Positions 8,178 through 17,588 are shown, counted from the stretch's first letter. The stretch: DNA of 64,000 bases from Myxococcota bacterium (GCA_965247115.1 CBDFGR010000003.1:1408001-1472000), one strand, 5' to 3'. Notes: generated by a model from the sequence alone, not told the origin. Made by a program: numbers and translations.

Positions 8178-10712
8178 TCACAAACCTGGAAATGGAAGCT
8201 CGCCCACGTCGTACAGACCGGTGGTACCCTCGGGAATCTCGAACTCGATCGATCGTCCCGGAGCGAAGTGCAGACTGAGCTCGTAGCGTCCCGGACGCAG
8301 CCCTCCACGGCTGAACTTGCCCTTCCGGTTCGTAAAGAGGACGAGCTCCTCACGGGGCTCTCCGAGTGCTCTCACCACACCCGCCTGGAGGCGCACCGGC
8401 TCCCCATCCATGGTCAACCTGCCTCGCACGACGGCCATCGCGTCCTTGCCGACCCGGATCAGGAGACCGCTCTTGTAGGTTGGCCGAGTGGCGAAGAACT
8501 CCTCTCCGAGGTCAAAGCCCGGAGGTAGGTCCGGCGCGTCGATGGCAACCGCACGGATCTGATAGGGAACCAGGTTCGGAAGGACGGCCGGCCCGAGGCG
8601 GTCGATCTGGACGCCTCCCCCGCCGGAGCGATCCACGCCGATCGTCTTGCCAGCGAGGCTCTTGTGCCGGGCCACCAGCGCAAAGCTCTGGGAGATCGGG
8701 CGCGAGATCGCGAACTCTCCGCCTGCGAACGCCAGAGCGCTGGACACTCGCACCGACGTCCGGTGCTCGTCGAGCCCTCTCGCTGTTCTTGCGGAGGTAG
8801 AGCGCTGGAACAGCTCCGCCTCCAAGCGCGAGCCGACGTGTTGGAGGGAGCCCGCGAGCTCGTACTGCTCGGGCCTACGCGATACACCAACACTGGTCGC
8901 AGTTCCGCCGATGCTCCGACTGGGTGTTCGTTGCCACTCGAGCTGCGTCGAGTGGTCGGTCGTGTCGTGGTTCAGACGCACGGTGTGATTGCGCTCGCGA
9001 TTCGTCCAGGTGACCGTCACGAACGCGCTCTGCTCCGGGCGCTCACCCGAGGCCAGGGTGCGATCCAGGCTGAGCTCCACCTCCCAGTCGCGAAACAACC
9101 TCCGCCGCAGCGACAACGACATCGTGCTGCTGTCAGACGTGTCGCCCCTTCCGAGCGCGTAGGCTGTGGCAACGCTGCCCCGGACTCCCGTCGACCAGAA
9201 TTCCTGGCTGACCGAAGCCGAGAACTCGTACGCCGTGGGGTTGTCGGGAACGGCACCGCCCACACCCGTGAATCTCCGCGACCTCGACAGCGCCGACACG
9301 ATCCATCGTCGCCGATTCTGGTTCTGCGTCGTTCCGTCGTAGTACTCGTACTGCAGTCGCCCCGCGTGGCTCGCCCCGGCGTCGTCGTCGTCGCTCAGGG
9401 CCACATCTGCGCGCAGCGAGCCCCACTCGCTCGCGAAGACGGCCTCCAACCCGAACAGGCGCCGCCGCCTGTCCCCTTGCAGGTTTGCGCCGAGCGTCAG
9501 CCCCTCGCTCAGGCCGTAGCGATGAAAGAGCGAGTAGCCAAAGTTGTCCCGGTCGTAGCGAATCACGTCACGCTCGAATGTGGGTACGCCTGCCGCGAGC
9601 GAGAACTCGCGCGTGCCCACGGCAAGGAGCCTGGGCTCGAACGAGAGTCCGAAGTGAAGCTCGCGCTCGCGCCCCAGGCTGTCCCGCATGCGAATCAGCA
9701 CGTCGTTGATCCCGGTCCCGAGCCGAAAGTCGCGAAGGTCGTAGCGACCCGGGAGGAGCTGCAGGCTCCGGACCAGCCGCCCGTTCACGATCACCTCGAC
9801 TTGCGAGGGCAGGTCCAGGGTGAACTCCTGGGAGCCTGCGGGCTCTACGACGCGATACGGCTGGAGATCGAAGTTCGTTGCGACCGTGAGCCCGCCAAGC
9901 GCCTGGCGACGCTGAAAGCCAGCGGTCTCGTAGGCGAGGTCGCCGAGCTGGACCCGGATCTGGCGTTCCGGGAGATCCCGAACCAGCCGCACCTCTCGTC
10001 GCTTCCAGGGGAAGCGCGCGTCCTCTTCGGCAGAGACCGCCCCTTCCAACACCCAGTCATGCAGGTTTGCAGCGCCGTCGAGCTCGAGACGCATGGGCTG
10101 CAGCCCCCTCTTCAGAGCCGAGGAGGTGGTGCCAATCCAGTCGAACGCGCCGCGCGCGTTGAGAAAGGCGCTGTAGGCCTGGGGCTCGACCTCCACTGCC
10201 GCAAACACCGAAGGCTGGCCTCCGCGGAGTCGGATCACTCGCAGCCGGCTCAGCTCGGGTGGGACCGTCACCGCGACGCTGAGGTTGCTGCGGTCGAAGT
10301 CTGCCACCAGACCGACCTCCATGAGGGCGGCAAGCGACACGTAGCCGTCCGCGTCTGCGGCGCGAGCGATCCTGTTCAGAAGATCGGGCCTCAGGGTCTC
10401 CCCGAGCAGCACCAGGAGCACGCTGCTGCGCAGTCGCACCCGCACGAGATCGCCTGCGACGCGTGCCGGGACAGCGCGCCGAAGCCTGCCGTCGACAATC
10501 ACGGGGAGCTCCAGGGCCAGCTCCTCGACCGTTTGGGAGTGACCAAACACCCTCTCGAAGACGGGTCCGGACTCGGTCCCTGGCTCCTGTGCCGCCGCAC
10601 TCCCCGAGCGAAGAGCTAACACGCCCAGCAGCAGTGCCAGCCAGATTCTGGCTTCAGAGAGCCGCCTCGGGGCAGGGGCTGCGGAACGACGCCTGGGGGG
10701 GAGGAGTGCCAC
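8178..10712 (-). CDS. Fimbrial outer-membrane usher protein
   Basis: 844 aa, signal peptide, LPSQVEVIVNG, PGRYDLRDF, HRYGLSEGLTLG, ISRPISQSFALV usher motifs. Confidence 0.88.
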   Translation of the reverse strand: MALLPPRRRSAAPAPRRLSEARIWLALLLGVLALRSGSAAAQEPGTESGPVFERVFGHSQTVEELALELPVIVDGRLRRAVPARVAGDLVRVRLRSSVLLVLLGETLRPDLLNRIARAADADGYVSLAALMEVGLVADFDRSNLSVAVTVPPELSRLRVIRLRGGQPSVFAAVEVEPQAYSAFLNARGAFDWIGTTSSALKRGLQPMRLELDGAANLHDWVLEGAVSAEEDARFPWKRREVRLVRDLPERQIRVQLGDLAYETAGFQRRQALGGLTVATNFDLQPYRVVEPAGSQEFTLDLPSQVEVIVNGRLVRSLQLLPGRYDLRDFRLGTGINDVLIRMRDSLGRERELHFGLSFEPRLLAVGTREFSLAAGVPTFERDVIRYDRDNFGYSLFHRYGLSEGLTLGANLQGDRRRRLFGLEAVFASEWGSLRADVALSDDDDAGASHAGRLQYEYYDGTTQNQNRRRWIVSALSRSRRFTGVGGAVPDNPTAYEFSASVSQEFWSTGVRGSVATAYALGRGDTSDSSTMSLSLRRRLFRDWEVELSLDRTLASGERPEQSAFVTVTWTNRERNHTVRLNHDTTDHSTQLEWQRTPSRSIGGTATSVGVSRRPEQYELAGSLQHVGSRLEAELFQRSTSARTARGLDEHRTSVRVSSALAFAGGEFAISRPISQSFALVARHKSLAGKTIGVDRSGGGGVQIDRLGPAVLPNLVPYQIRAVAIDAPDLPPGFDLGEEFFATRPTYKSGLLIRVGKDAMAVVRGRLTMDGEPVRLQAGVVRALGEPREELVLFTNRKGKFSRGGLRPGRYELSLHFAPGRSIEFEIPEGTTGLYDVGELPFPGL

Positions 10713-10730
10713 GACGGCGCGACGGCACCA

Positions 10731-11489
10731 CTATCTTCTGACCGCTCCATCGAAGTGGAAGGTCGCCTCGACGGGTCCGAAGGGGAGCTCTTGCGGCCAG
10801 GGTAGGAGAAAGCGTCTCTTGTGCCCGGCCAGGATGTTCTCTCCGCTCATACCAGCGAGCTTGTTCGGGCCGAGGTCGAGAGCAGCCGCAGCGTCCCCGT
10901 TCGCCTCTCCAGCGAGCGACAAGCTGAGATTACGCAGGATTGCGTGAGCCTGGCCGCGGTTGTGGAGCGTGACGGACAGCTGGCGCTCGCCGCTCGACTC
11001 CTCGGCAGCGACGTCCTGCAGTACAACGTCTGCTCGGACGCCGGTGGGCCGGACGTAGATCGAACCGATGTAGCGGACGAGGATCCTGACGGAGCCTCCG
11101 GACTCCTCCGCCGGCTCGAGGTCGACCGGAAGCTGCTCTGCGATGATGCGATAAGCCAGCTCGTGCTCAGGGTCCGCATCCCCGATCCATTGCACGCGGA
11201 CGATCTGACTCTGCTCGGGCTCGAGCACGATCTGCGTGGGGAAGACGACGAAGTCATCGTCTGCTTCGGTCAGCTCGTCGCTGCCGTCGAGATTCATGAG
11301 CCTGCGGAACACGCTGATCTCGACGGCGATCTGCTTGCCGGAGTTGTTCTCGACTCTGAAGGTCTGGTTCGCGCCGGGGCCCGACGGATCGAAGTCCGCC
11401 GTGAACGGAATGAAGCGAAAGGCTTCAGCGGGGAGCGGCGCGACGCACAGGAGAAGACCAAGGCAGAGGGGGAAGAGTCCTGCTCTCAT
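10731..11489 (-). CDS. Periplasmic pilus assembly chaperone (PapD-like)
   Basis: Signal peptide; FVVFPTQIVLEP, QIVRVQW, ELAYRIIAEQLP, HNRGQAH motifs. Confidence 0.88.
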   Translation of the reverse strand: MRAGLFPLCLGLLLCVAPLPAEAFRFIPFTADFDPSGPGANQTFRVENNSGKQIAVEISVFRRLMNLDGSDELTEADDDFVVFPTQIVLEPEQSQIVRVQWIGDADPEHELAYRIIAEQLPVDLEPAEESGGSVRILVRYIGSIYVRPTGVRADVVLQDVAAEESSGERQLSVTLHNRGQAHAILRNLSLSLAGEANGDAAAALDLGPNKLAGMSGENILAGHKRRFLLPWPQELPFGPVEATFHFDGAVRR

Positions 11490-11525
11490 GGTCTTCTGTT
11501 TCGGCCCCACCAGGGCCACACTGAA

Positions 11526-11587
11526 GACCCGGCCGGCTGTGGTCAGGGCCGGCCGGGTCCAGGCTCAGGGTCGGTTCGAACCTGAGC
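11526..11587 (-). terminator. Twin GC-rich hairpins between pilin and chaperone genes (attenuator or mRNA stabiliser)
   Basis: 12-bp IR GACCCGGCCGGC 11526-11537/11548-11559; IR GCTCAGG/CCTGAGC 11563-11569/11581-11587; no U-tract. Confidence 0.5.
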
Positions 11588-11596
11588 TAAGTGTTC

Positions 11597-12118
11597 CTAC
11601 TTGGCGGCGATCGTGAAGGTAATCGTGTCCGTGTAGGTGTCGGCCTCGATGAAGCCGGGATTTCCGTACGAGATGTCCACGAGGTTCGCGGACCCGCCCG
11701 AGCCCGTGGGCGCGCTGGCATCGGTCACGGTCATGGCGGCACCGCTGCTCAGATCCACCCCCGTACCGCCGTACGAGAACGTGTACGCCACGCTGTCTGT
11801 GCTCGTAGGGCCAAGCGGCTGGAGCACGCTGCTGTTCGCGGATTGTGCGGTGACGGTGTAGCCGTCGGCGTCGTTGCAGGTCTCGTTGACCGAGCCGACG
11901 TTCAGAGCTGACTGGGCACTGGTTAGCGGCAGATTGTCTGCCACACCGGCGACCGGTGTGACGGAGACGTCACAGGCTGCGACCACTGAGCCTGAGAGAT
12001 CGAGATCTCCTGTACTGGCGGCAAACGCCGGCGTTGAACTTCCGAGCAGCAGGAAAGCCATGAGCAGACTGCTGAACCCGACCCTGGACCTATACGATGA
12101 GGATGACCAACAATTCAT
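11597..12118 (-). CDS. Pilin subunit (spore coat U/Csu-like), likely major pilin
   Basis: Signal peptide ending PAFA; LSGSVVAAC...ETCN Cys pair; C-terminal ADTYTDTITFTIAAK; start uncertain (12142, 12118 or 12061). Confidence 0.82.
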   Translation of the reverse strand: MNCWSSSSYRSRVGFSSLLMAFLLLGSSTPAFAASTGDLDLSGSVVAACDVSVTPVAGVADNLPLTSAQSALNVGSVNETCNDADGYTVTAQSANSSVLQPLGPTSTDSVAYTFSYGGTGVDLSSGAAMTVTDASAPTGSGGSANLVDISYGNPGFIEADTYTDTITFTIAAK

Positions 12119-12126
12119 GCCAGCTG

Positions 12127-12154
12127 GTATCGGTAGCGCCATCCGTGAACTTTA
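12127..12154 (-). promoter_or_regulatory. Sigma28 (FliA)-like promoter upstream of the second pilin
   Basis: TAAA-N16-ACCGATAC on minus strand, starting TAAAGTT. Confidence 0.55.
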
Positions 12155-12241
12155 GGGACAGCACTCCGAGCAGCCAGGCCCCGTGTCGGCCTCCGCCAGG
12201 AATCGCAATCAGCTTGTGGCTCTTACCGCTGCTGGTTCCTC

Positions 12242-12766
12242 CTACTTTGCCGCTACTGTGAAGACCAGAGTGTCCTCGTACGTGCCGCCAACCTGACTGG
12301 TGGCGGCCGCATACGAGACGGTGACCGCTTTCGTGACCCCTGCGGGACCCGTGCGGTCGGCCGTACTGGTCACGAGGACCGGACCGACTCCACTCAGATC
12401 CGCCTGGGTGTCATCGTACTTGAGCATGTAGCTGACGGCGTCGAGCTCTCCCAGGAAGCTCCCGCTGCCCAACGAAGAGACCTCGATCGTGTAGCCGGTC
12501 GGGCTGTTGCACGACTCTGTCACGGAGGCCACGGCAACATCCGTCTGACTGCTCGACAGATCCAGGGAAGTGGCAGCCTGCGTCGGATCCACCTGGATGC
12601 TGCAGGCCAGAGGAACCTGGCCGCGGAGCTGGAGCGCACCCGAATCCCCTGCAGCTGCGAAGCCAGGCAGCGAGACGCACACGCAGGCGACGACGCCCGC
12701 GAGCCACGCTGAACGCTTCGCGATGGGGAATGAGATTCTGAGGCTTTGGGGGGCGGGTGCGCCCAA
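12242..12766 (-). CDS. Pilin subunit (spore coat U/Csu-like), first gene of operon
   Basis: TTG start behind AAAGGAG; LRGQVPLAC...ESCN; C-terminal GGTYEDTLVFTVAAK; paralogue of the adjacent pilin. Confidence 0.8.
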   Translation of the reverse strand: MGAPAPQSLRISFPIAKRSAWLAGVVACVCVSLPGFAAAGDSGALQLRGQVPLACSIQVDPTQAATSLDLSSSQTDVAVASVTESCNSPTGYTIEVSSLGSGSFLGELDAVSYMLKYDDTQADLSGVGPVLVTSTADRTGPAGVTKAVTVSYAAATSQVGGTYEDTLVFTVAAK

Positions 12767-12772
12767 TCTCTG

Positions 12773-12867
12773 CTCCTTTCGGCAGCCGTTCGACCCGCCC
12801 GGATGTTCCGGGTTGGGGCACTGGCTTTGCGTCCCCGTGTCTCCACGGGTTTGCCTTTGTCGAGGAG
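12773..12867 (-). promoter_or_regulatory. c-di-GMP-I (GEMM-I) riboswitch, copy 1
   Basis: GGCAAA-CCCGTG-GAGA-CACGGG-GACGCAAAGCC...GGCTGCCG; GNRA loop in P2 and receptor-like CCCCAAC/GCGGG in P3. Confidence 0.9.
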
Positions 12868-12927
12868 ATGGACACCCGCGTCCACTCCCGACCCCCCGGT
12901 GTCGGCCGGGGGAGCCTTCTTGGAGAC

Positions 12928-12954
12928 GTATCGGTACCGGGTCCAGCATCTTTA
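12928..12954 (-). promoter_or_regulatory. Sigma28 (FliA)-like promoter for the pilus operon
   Basis: TAAA-N15-ACCGATAC (consensus TAAA-N15-GCCGATAA). Confidence 0.7.
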
Positions 12955-13276
12955 GTCGTTTGTTGGCCAGCAATGGAAACCTCCCGACGACTGTGCGCAG
13001 ATCCCCCCAAACAGCGAGAGGTTCAAGAACCGTTCCCGTATTCCCTAGATCAACGAACACCCGAGTTGAAGCGCGCGCTTCCGCCTACCGTTGCGCACCG
13101 GCGAGGGTGGGAGAAAAACAGGAAGGCGAGAAGCTCTCTTCCACAATGTGCCAGTCAGCTCCTCTCACTGAGTCGACTCTTGCGTCCACACGAGCGCCTA
13201 TACTCGCAGCTATGCAATGCGTTGCCATACTAGAAGCGCAGGCCACGGAAGTCGCGGCGAGCTTGAGGGGTCGCTC

Positions 13277-14119
13277 ATGAAGCTCAGCCTCAACCTGCGC
13301 AACTGGGGACCACAGGCAGAGCGCGAGCTCATGCTCGAGTGCGCTCGAGCTGCGGACGCGTCCGCGCTGGACACGCTCTGGCTCAACGACCACGTGGCCG
13401 TCCCGGCGGCAGCGGCCGCGCGCGCGGATCCCGACTTCGCGACCGGAATCCAGGTAGACATCCTCGCGACGCTCGCCTTCCTGGCAGGCGCCACCGAGCG
13501 CATAGGGTTGGGGACGGCTGTGCTGCTGCTGCCCTACCGGCCCGCGTTTCTCACGGCAAAGTGGGTCGCGAGCATCCAGGCGCTCGCTGGCGAGCGCCTT
13601 CGTCTCGGCGTCGGGACGGGCTGGATGCCGGCGGAGTTTCGGGTGCTCGGTGTGGAACGCCGTAAGCGCGGGGTGCTGACCGATGAATCGCTGGCGCTGT
13701 TGCGCCGCTGCTTCGAGAGCGACGAGCTAGAGCGGAACGGCGAGCGAATCCTGTTCCAGCCGCGCCCAGAGCGTCCGTCCATCTACGTGGGCGGCGCGCC
13801 CCCGCACGCCTTCCGCCGCGCCATCCTGTATGGGGATGGCTGGATCCCGGCAGGCGTCGAGCCCGAGGTCCTCGCAACCCAGATCCCCGAGCTGCAGAAG
13901 CTGGCGGAGGAAGCCGGACGGGACCCCCTCGAGGTCATCGCGATGAAGACGCTCCCGCTGGAGGATCTACCGCGCGCGGTCGACTACGCGGGGAAGTTCG
14001 CAGCGGTTGGCGTGGATCATCTCGTCCACACCCAGCGCTACGACAACGCCGCAGAGTACCGCCGCAACATCGACCTCCTCTGCGAGCGAATCCTCCCCGA
14101 GATCGCCTCGTCCGAATAG
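13277..14119 (+). CDS. LLM-class (probably F420-dependent) oxidoreductase, Rv2161c-like
   Basis: LWLNDHV, LAFLAGATERIGLGTAV, LGVGTGW, YGDGWIP motifs. Confidence 0.88.
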   Translation: MKLSLNLRNWGPQAERELMLECARAADASALDTLWLNDHVAVPAAAAARADPDFATGIQVDILATLAFLAGATERIGLGTAVLLLPYRPAFLTAKWVASIQALAGERLRLGVGTGWMPAEFRVLGVERRKRGVLTDESLALLRRCFESDELERNGERILFQPRPERPSIYVGGAPPHAFRRAILYGDGWIPAGVEPEVLATQIPELQKLAEEAGRDPLEVIAMKTLPLEDLPRAVDYAGKFAAVGVDHLVHTQRYDNAAEYRRNIDLLCERILPEIASSE

Positions 14120-14140
14120 GTCGGGCCTCAGTCGTCGGAG

Positions 14141-16132
14141 CTAGTTGCCCTTGCAAGTGCCGTTCTTGCAGTTGTTGGAGCAGCAATCGCTGTTGGAACT
14201 GCACGTAGCCCTCTTGCCCCCGCACGCCACGCACTGATCGCTACCCTCATCGCAGCCCAGGCCTGGGCACGGAGCGCTCCCGCTCTGGCAACTCTCACCC
14301 GAGCAGAGCTCGGCGCCGTTGCAGAACTGGCCGTCGTCGCACTCCGGGTCGGATGTGCAACCGCCATCAACGCCCGCACCACCGCAAGACCAGCCGCTCT
14401 CGGAACACCGCGAATCGCCGCAATCGGACAGGTCACCGTCGCAGCAATACCGGCCGCGAGGATTCCCGTTGGTCTTCTGTCGGCAGTCATTCGGACAGTT
14501 ACCGCAGTGTTCGCCCGCCTCGCAGGTTCCGTCGTTGTCGCAGGCCGGCGCATCGCATGAGTCGGTAGCCCCGTTACATATTTCGCCACCAGCGCAGGGG
14601 TCTCCGCTCGACTGACACGCTCCGCCGACACAAGTCTCGGTCCCGGTGCAGAACTGGCCGTCGTCACACTCCGGGTCGGTCGTACAACCGCCCTGGGGAT
14701 CGAGAAACGGGGAAACGGAATCCCAGTAGAAGGCGAGCGCACCATCAACTGTCCAGTTGTTGATCGAATCGCAGTCATCAAGACAGTTGAAGCCACAGCA
14801 ACCGGAGAGCTGACCGACCACCTCGCTTGCGCTGTTCAGAGCCGGCGAGCCGCTGCTGCCACCCATGGTGGCTCCGATCCGGTCCTCGCTGTAGATTCGT
14901 TCGCCGAGCGGCCACTGGCCGCATATCGGCGAAGTCGTGGTGACGTCGTGCTGCGAGTACACCTGCGGACCGAAGTTGGCGTTGCTGACCCTGTAGAGAC
15001 TCGCGCCATGGGTGTAGGCAATAGGAGAGTTATTCCAGCCGAGGAACGTGGCGCCAGCCGGAGGGGCCTCGTCAAGCGTCAAGAGCGTGTAGTCGCCAGC
15101 ACCTCCCGTTGCCACGACCGTGACACCGATGGTGCTAGCAGGCGGCGGCGTGCCGCCGGTTAAGAGGCTGTCGGGACACGAACCGCGACACGAATCCGTT
15201 GTGTAGTTGAAGAAGGTCTCCAGGTTCGAGATGTCCGAACTGACGCAGTGATTGGCCGTGAGGAAGTATGGGATCTGCGAAGCGCTATCCGTGTCCACCA
15301 GCAGCCCTCCAGAGCAGGTGTTGATGAACTGTCCAGTGATCCACTCCATCTTGGCGACGGCATCCTCTGCCGGCGCTGCTGGCCCCGTGTTCATGCAGTT
15401 CACGTCGACCACGCATGGAGCATTGTTCGAGCAGGGCCAGTTATCGTGGCTCTGCTCCCGCGGGCGTGGCGGTCGGCCGCGGATGTGGCCAACATCCGAG
15501 ACCGTGAAGGACATCTTTGGCCGGTCGTCAGCTGGCGCGTCGCCGCTGTAGCTCAGAACGACCGTGCCGGTGTCCGAGACTATCGAACGAGTCCAGAAGT
15601 CGCCGTCACCGTTGCGACCCTGCCCGACGTATGGCCCGTGCGCCTGGCCGTTCGGTCCGAGGAAGAACATCTCGGTGTTCTCGGGAAGCGAGAAGCCCGT
15701 GAAGTGCACGCGGATGGCCTGCGCGCCGGGAGACGTGACCGTCATCGCCCACTCGAAGCTCCCGTCCACATTCTGCCGGCCGACGCCGTGATTGAAGGCT
15801 TTCCCGAAGGGCTTTCCAACGAGCCTCTTGACGGACTTGACGACGCCGACGCGCAGCGGTGCGCTCCCGCTGGGGAACGGCTCGGCCAGATTGTCCAGAT
15901 CCTTCTGCGTGATGCCGACGCTGAGCGGCGTATGAGCCACGCCAGGGGGAACGATGGACGCGATCTCCTCGTGGAGCTCCCGCTCCCGCGCAGCTTGCTC
16001 GGCAATCGTCAGGCCCCCTCGTACCACCTCCGGAGCAGCACGTCGGTTCCCAACGCCCTGGGCGGCCGTTGGCGTCGGCAGGCCGAGGCAAATGAGAATG
16101 GCGAAGCCGAGAAAAGCAGAGATCGTGCGCAT
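14141..16132 (-). CDS. Secreted trypsin-like serine protease (lysyl-endopeptidase-like) with Cys-rich C-terminal repeats
   Basis: Signal peptide; CSGGLL, FLTANHC (His), GDYTLL (Asp), GGSSGSP (Ser). Confidence 0.85.
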   Translation of the reverse strand: MRTISAFLGFAILICLGLPTPTAAQGVGNRRAAPEVVRGGLTIAEQAARERELHEEIASIVPPGVAHTPLSVGITQKDLDNLAEPFPSGSAPLRVGVVKSVKRLVGKPFGKAFNHGVGRQNVDGSFEWAMTVTSPGAQAIRVHFTGFSLPENTEMFFLGPNGQAHGPYVGQGRNGDGDFWTRSIVSDTGTVVLSYSGDAPADDRPKMSFTVSDVGHIRGRPPRPREQSHDNWPCSNNAPCVVDVNCMNTGPAAPAEDAVAKMEWITGQFINTCSGGLLVDTDSASQIPYFLTANHCVSSDISNLETFFNYTTDSCRGSCPDSLLTGGTPPPASTIGVTVVATGGAGDYTLLTLDEAPPAGATFLGWNNSPIAYTHGASLYRVSNANFGPQVYSQHDVTTTSPICGQWPLGERIYSEDRIGATMGGSSGSPALNSASEVVGQLSGCCGFNCLDDCDSINNWTVDGALAFYWDSVSPFLDPQGGCTTDPECDDGQFCTGTETCVGGACQSSGDPCAGGEICNGATDSCDAPACDNDGTCEAGEHCGNCPNDCRQKTNGNPRGRYCCDGDLSDCGDSRCSESGWSCGGAGVDGGCTSDPECDDGQFCNGAELCSGESCQSGSAPCPGLGCDEGSDQCVACGGKRATCSSNSDCCSNNCKNGTCKGN
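14321..14692. repeat. Intragenic 45-bp near-identical repeat pair (14321-14365, 14648-14692) encoding GGCTxDPECDDGQFC
   Basis: GCAGAACTGGCCGTCGTC(G/A)CACTCCGGGTCGG...CAACCGCC occurs twice. Confidence 0.85.
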
Positions 16133-16319
16133 GGTTGCCTCGTCGAAGTTCCGCATCGTGAGGGAAAACGCGAGCAGTTACAAAGACTTAGGGGAGTATG
16201 AGCCCGCGATTTCCCGGTAGTCAAGACTGTACGGCCGCAGATCGGCGCGCCACCCAGACATCGGACTCGCGACGGATCCGCTGAACGCCTTTGATCTCGA
16301 GCGCATCGTTGTGCGGAAT

Positions 16320-17588
16320 AACTTCCCCCGGGGGAAGTTGGGATCTAAGAAATTTCTGGAAAGTCCCAGATTTCCGTTGACAGGTTTTCGAAAGCACAAC
16401 CAGTTTGCGTCTCTCGCGACCAAGATCCCGTTCTCTGGTCTAGGCACGGCGTTCTAATCATTCTCTTTCGCAGTTTTGGTTTCGGAGATCGCAGACAATC
16501 TCGATCAGGTCGTAGATCAGATCCTCCGACACCGAAATACGTCGTGTTATGTTCGAAAGGCAATGAACATTAGCCCCCTCGGACGTATGTCCAATGACGA
16601 GCTACTTCGTGCACTGGACAAGCTCGTAGCGACTAGTCGGAATGTCGATGCAGATCTGCTCGCTCACGTCGCTGAGGTAGATGCGCGGCGCCTTTATCTT
16701 TCGGAGGGCTGTTCCTCAATGTTTCGCTACTGCACGGAGGTGCTGCACTTCTCGGAGGCAACTGCGTTTCACAGGATCCACGTGGCTCGTGCTGCGCGCA
16801 GATTTCCGAGTCTTCTGGATCACGTTCGGCAAGGGCGGATCCATCTTGCCGGGCTGAGCTTACTCGTACCGCATCTCACACAGGAGAATCACGTCGAGCT
16901 TCTTGACATGGCGTACCACAAGAGCAAGCGCGCAATCGAGAAGTTCCTGGCGGAGCGCTCGCCAAAGCCCCGCGTACCAGCACTTGTCCGCAAGCTCCCA
17001 GAGACCAAGGCTGTGTTCGCAGGGCCGGAGACGTCGGACTTCCGCGAAACAAACGAGCAGCCGGCGCTTCGGGCTCCGCGCGCTCAGGCCGCCTCGCTGC
17101 CCGCACCTCGCTCTCAGAACTCCGCTCCACAACCACTCGGGCACCGGTGCTACAAGATCCAGTTCACCGCTAGTCAAGAGTTTTGCGACAAGCTTCGCGA
17201 AGCCCAGGCACTACTTCGGCATCAGCTTCCGGGCGGCGATCTCGCTCAGGTTATCGATCGCGCGCTTTCCCTGCTGCTAGCCGAGACACGACGGAGGAAG
17301 TTCGCGGAGACCTCACGACCGCGGAGCCGATCCGAAGACCGCACCAGCCTTGCATCTCGGCACATTCCGGCGGCAATCAAGAGGGCGATCGCTACGCGAG
17401 ATGGAGGCCGATGTGTCTTTGTCGGGCGGAACGGACGTCGGTGCCAATCAGCGGATTTCGTCGAGTTCCACCACCTGGATCCCTGGGCGAGCTCGAAGTA
17501 TCACTCGGTCGAGGGGATCGAGCTGCGGTGTCGGGCGCACAACCAGTATGCGGCGGATCGAGAGACTCAGCCTCCCCCGGGGGAAGCT
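16320..17588 (+). mobile_element. Putative palindrome-bounded HNH element, copy 2
   Basis: Perfect 20-bp palindrome AACTTCCCCCGGGGGAAGTT (16320-16339) and AGCCTCCCCCGGGGGAAGCT (17569-17588); locally lower GC. Confidence 0.5.

Noticed and set aside
8664..10619. Long antisense or alternate-frame ORFs (also 44971-46809, 27312-28907, 52124-53704)
   Set aside because: Expected in high-GC DNA opposite well-supported genes; no motifs
12767..13060. N-terminal extension of the pilin and similar peptides near 41600-41900
   Set aside because: The shared peptide text is translation of the two riboswitches, not a protein domain
13211..13228. Sigma54 promoter TGGCAACGCATTGCA on the minus strand
   Set aside because: GG-to-GC spacing is 9 rather than the required 10
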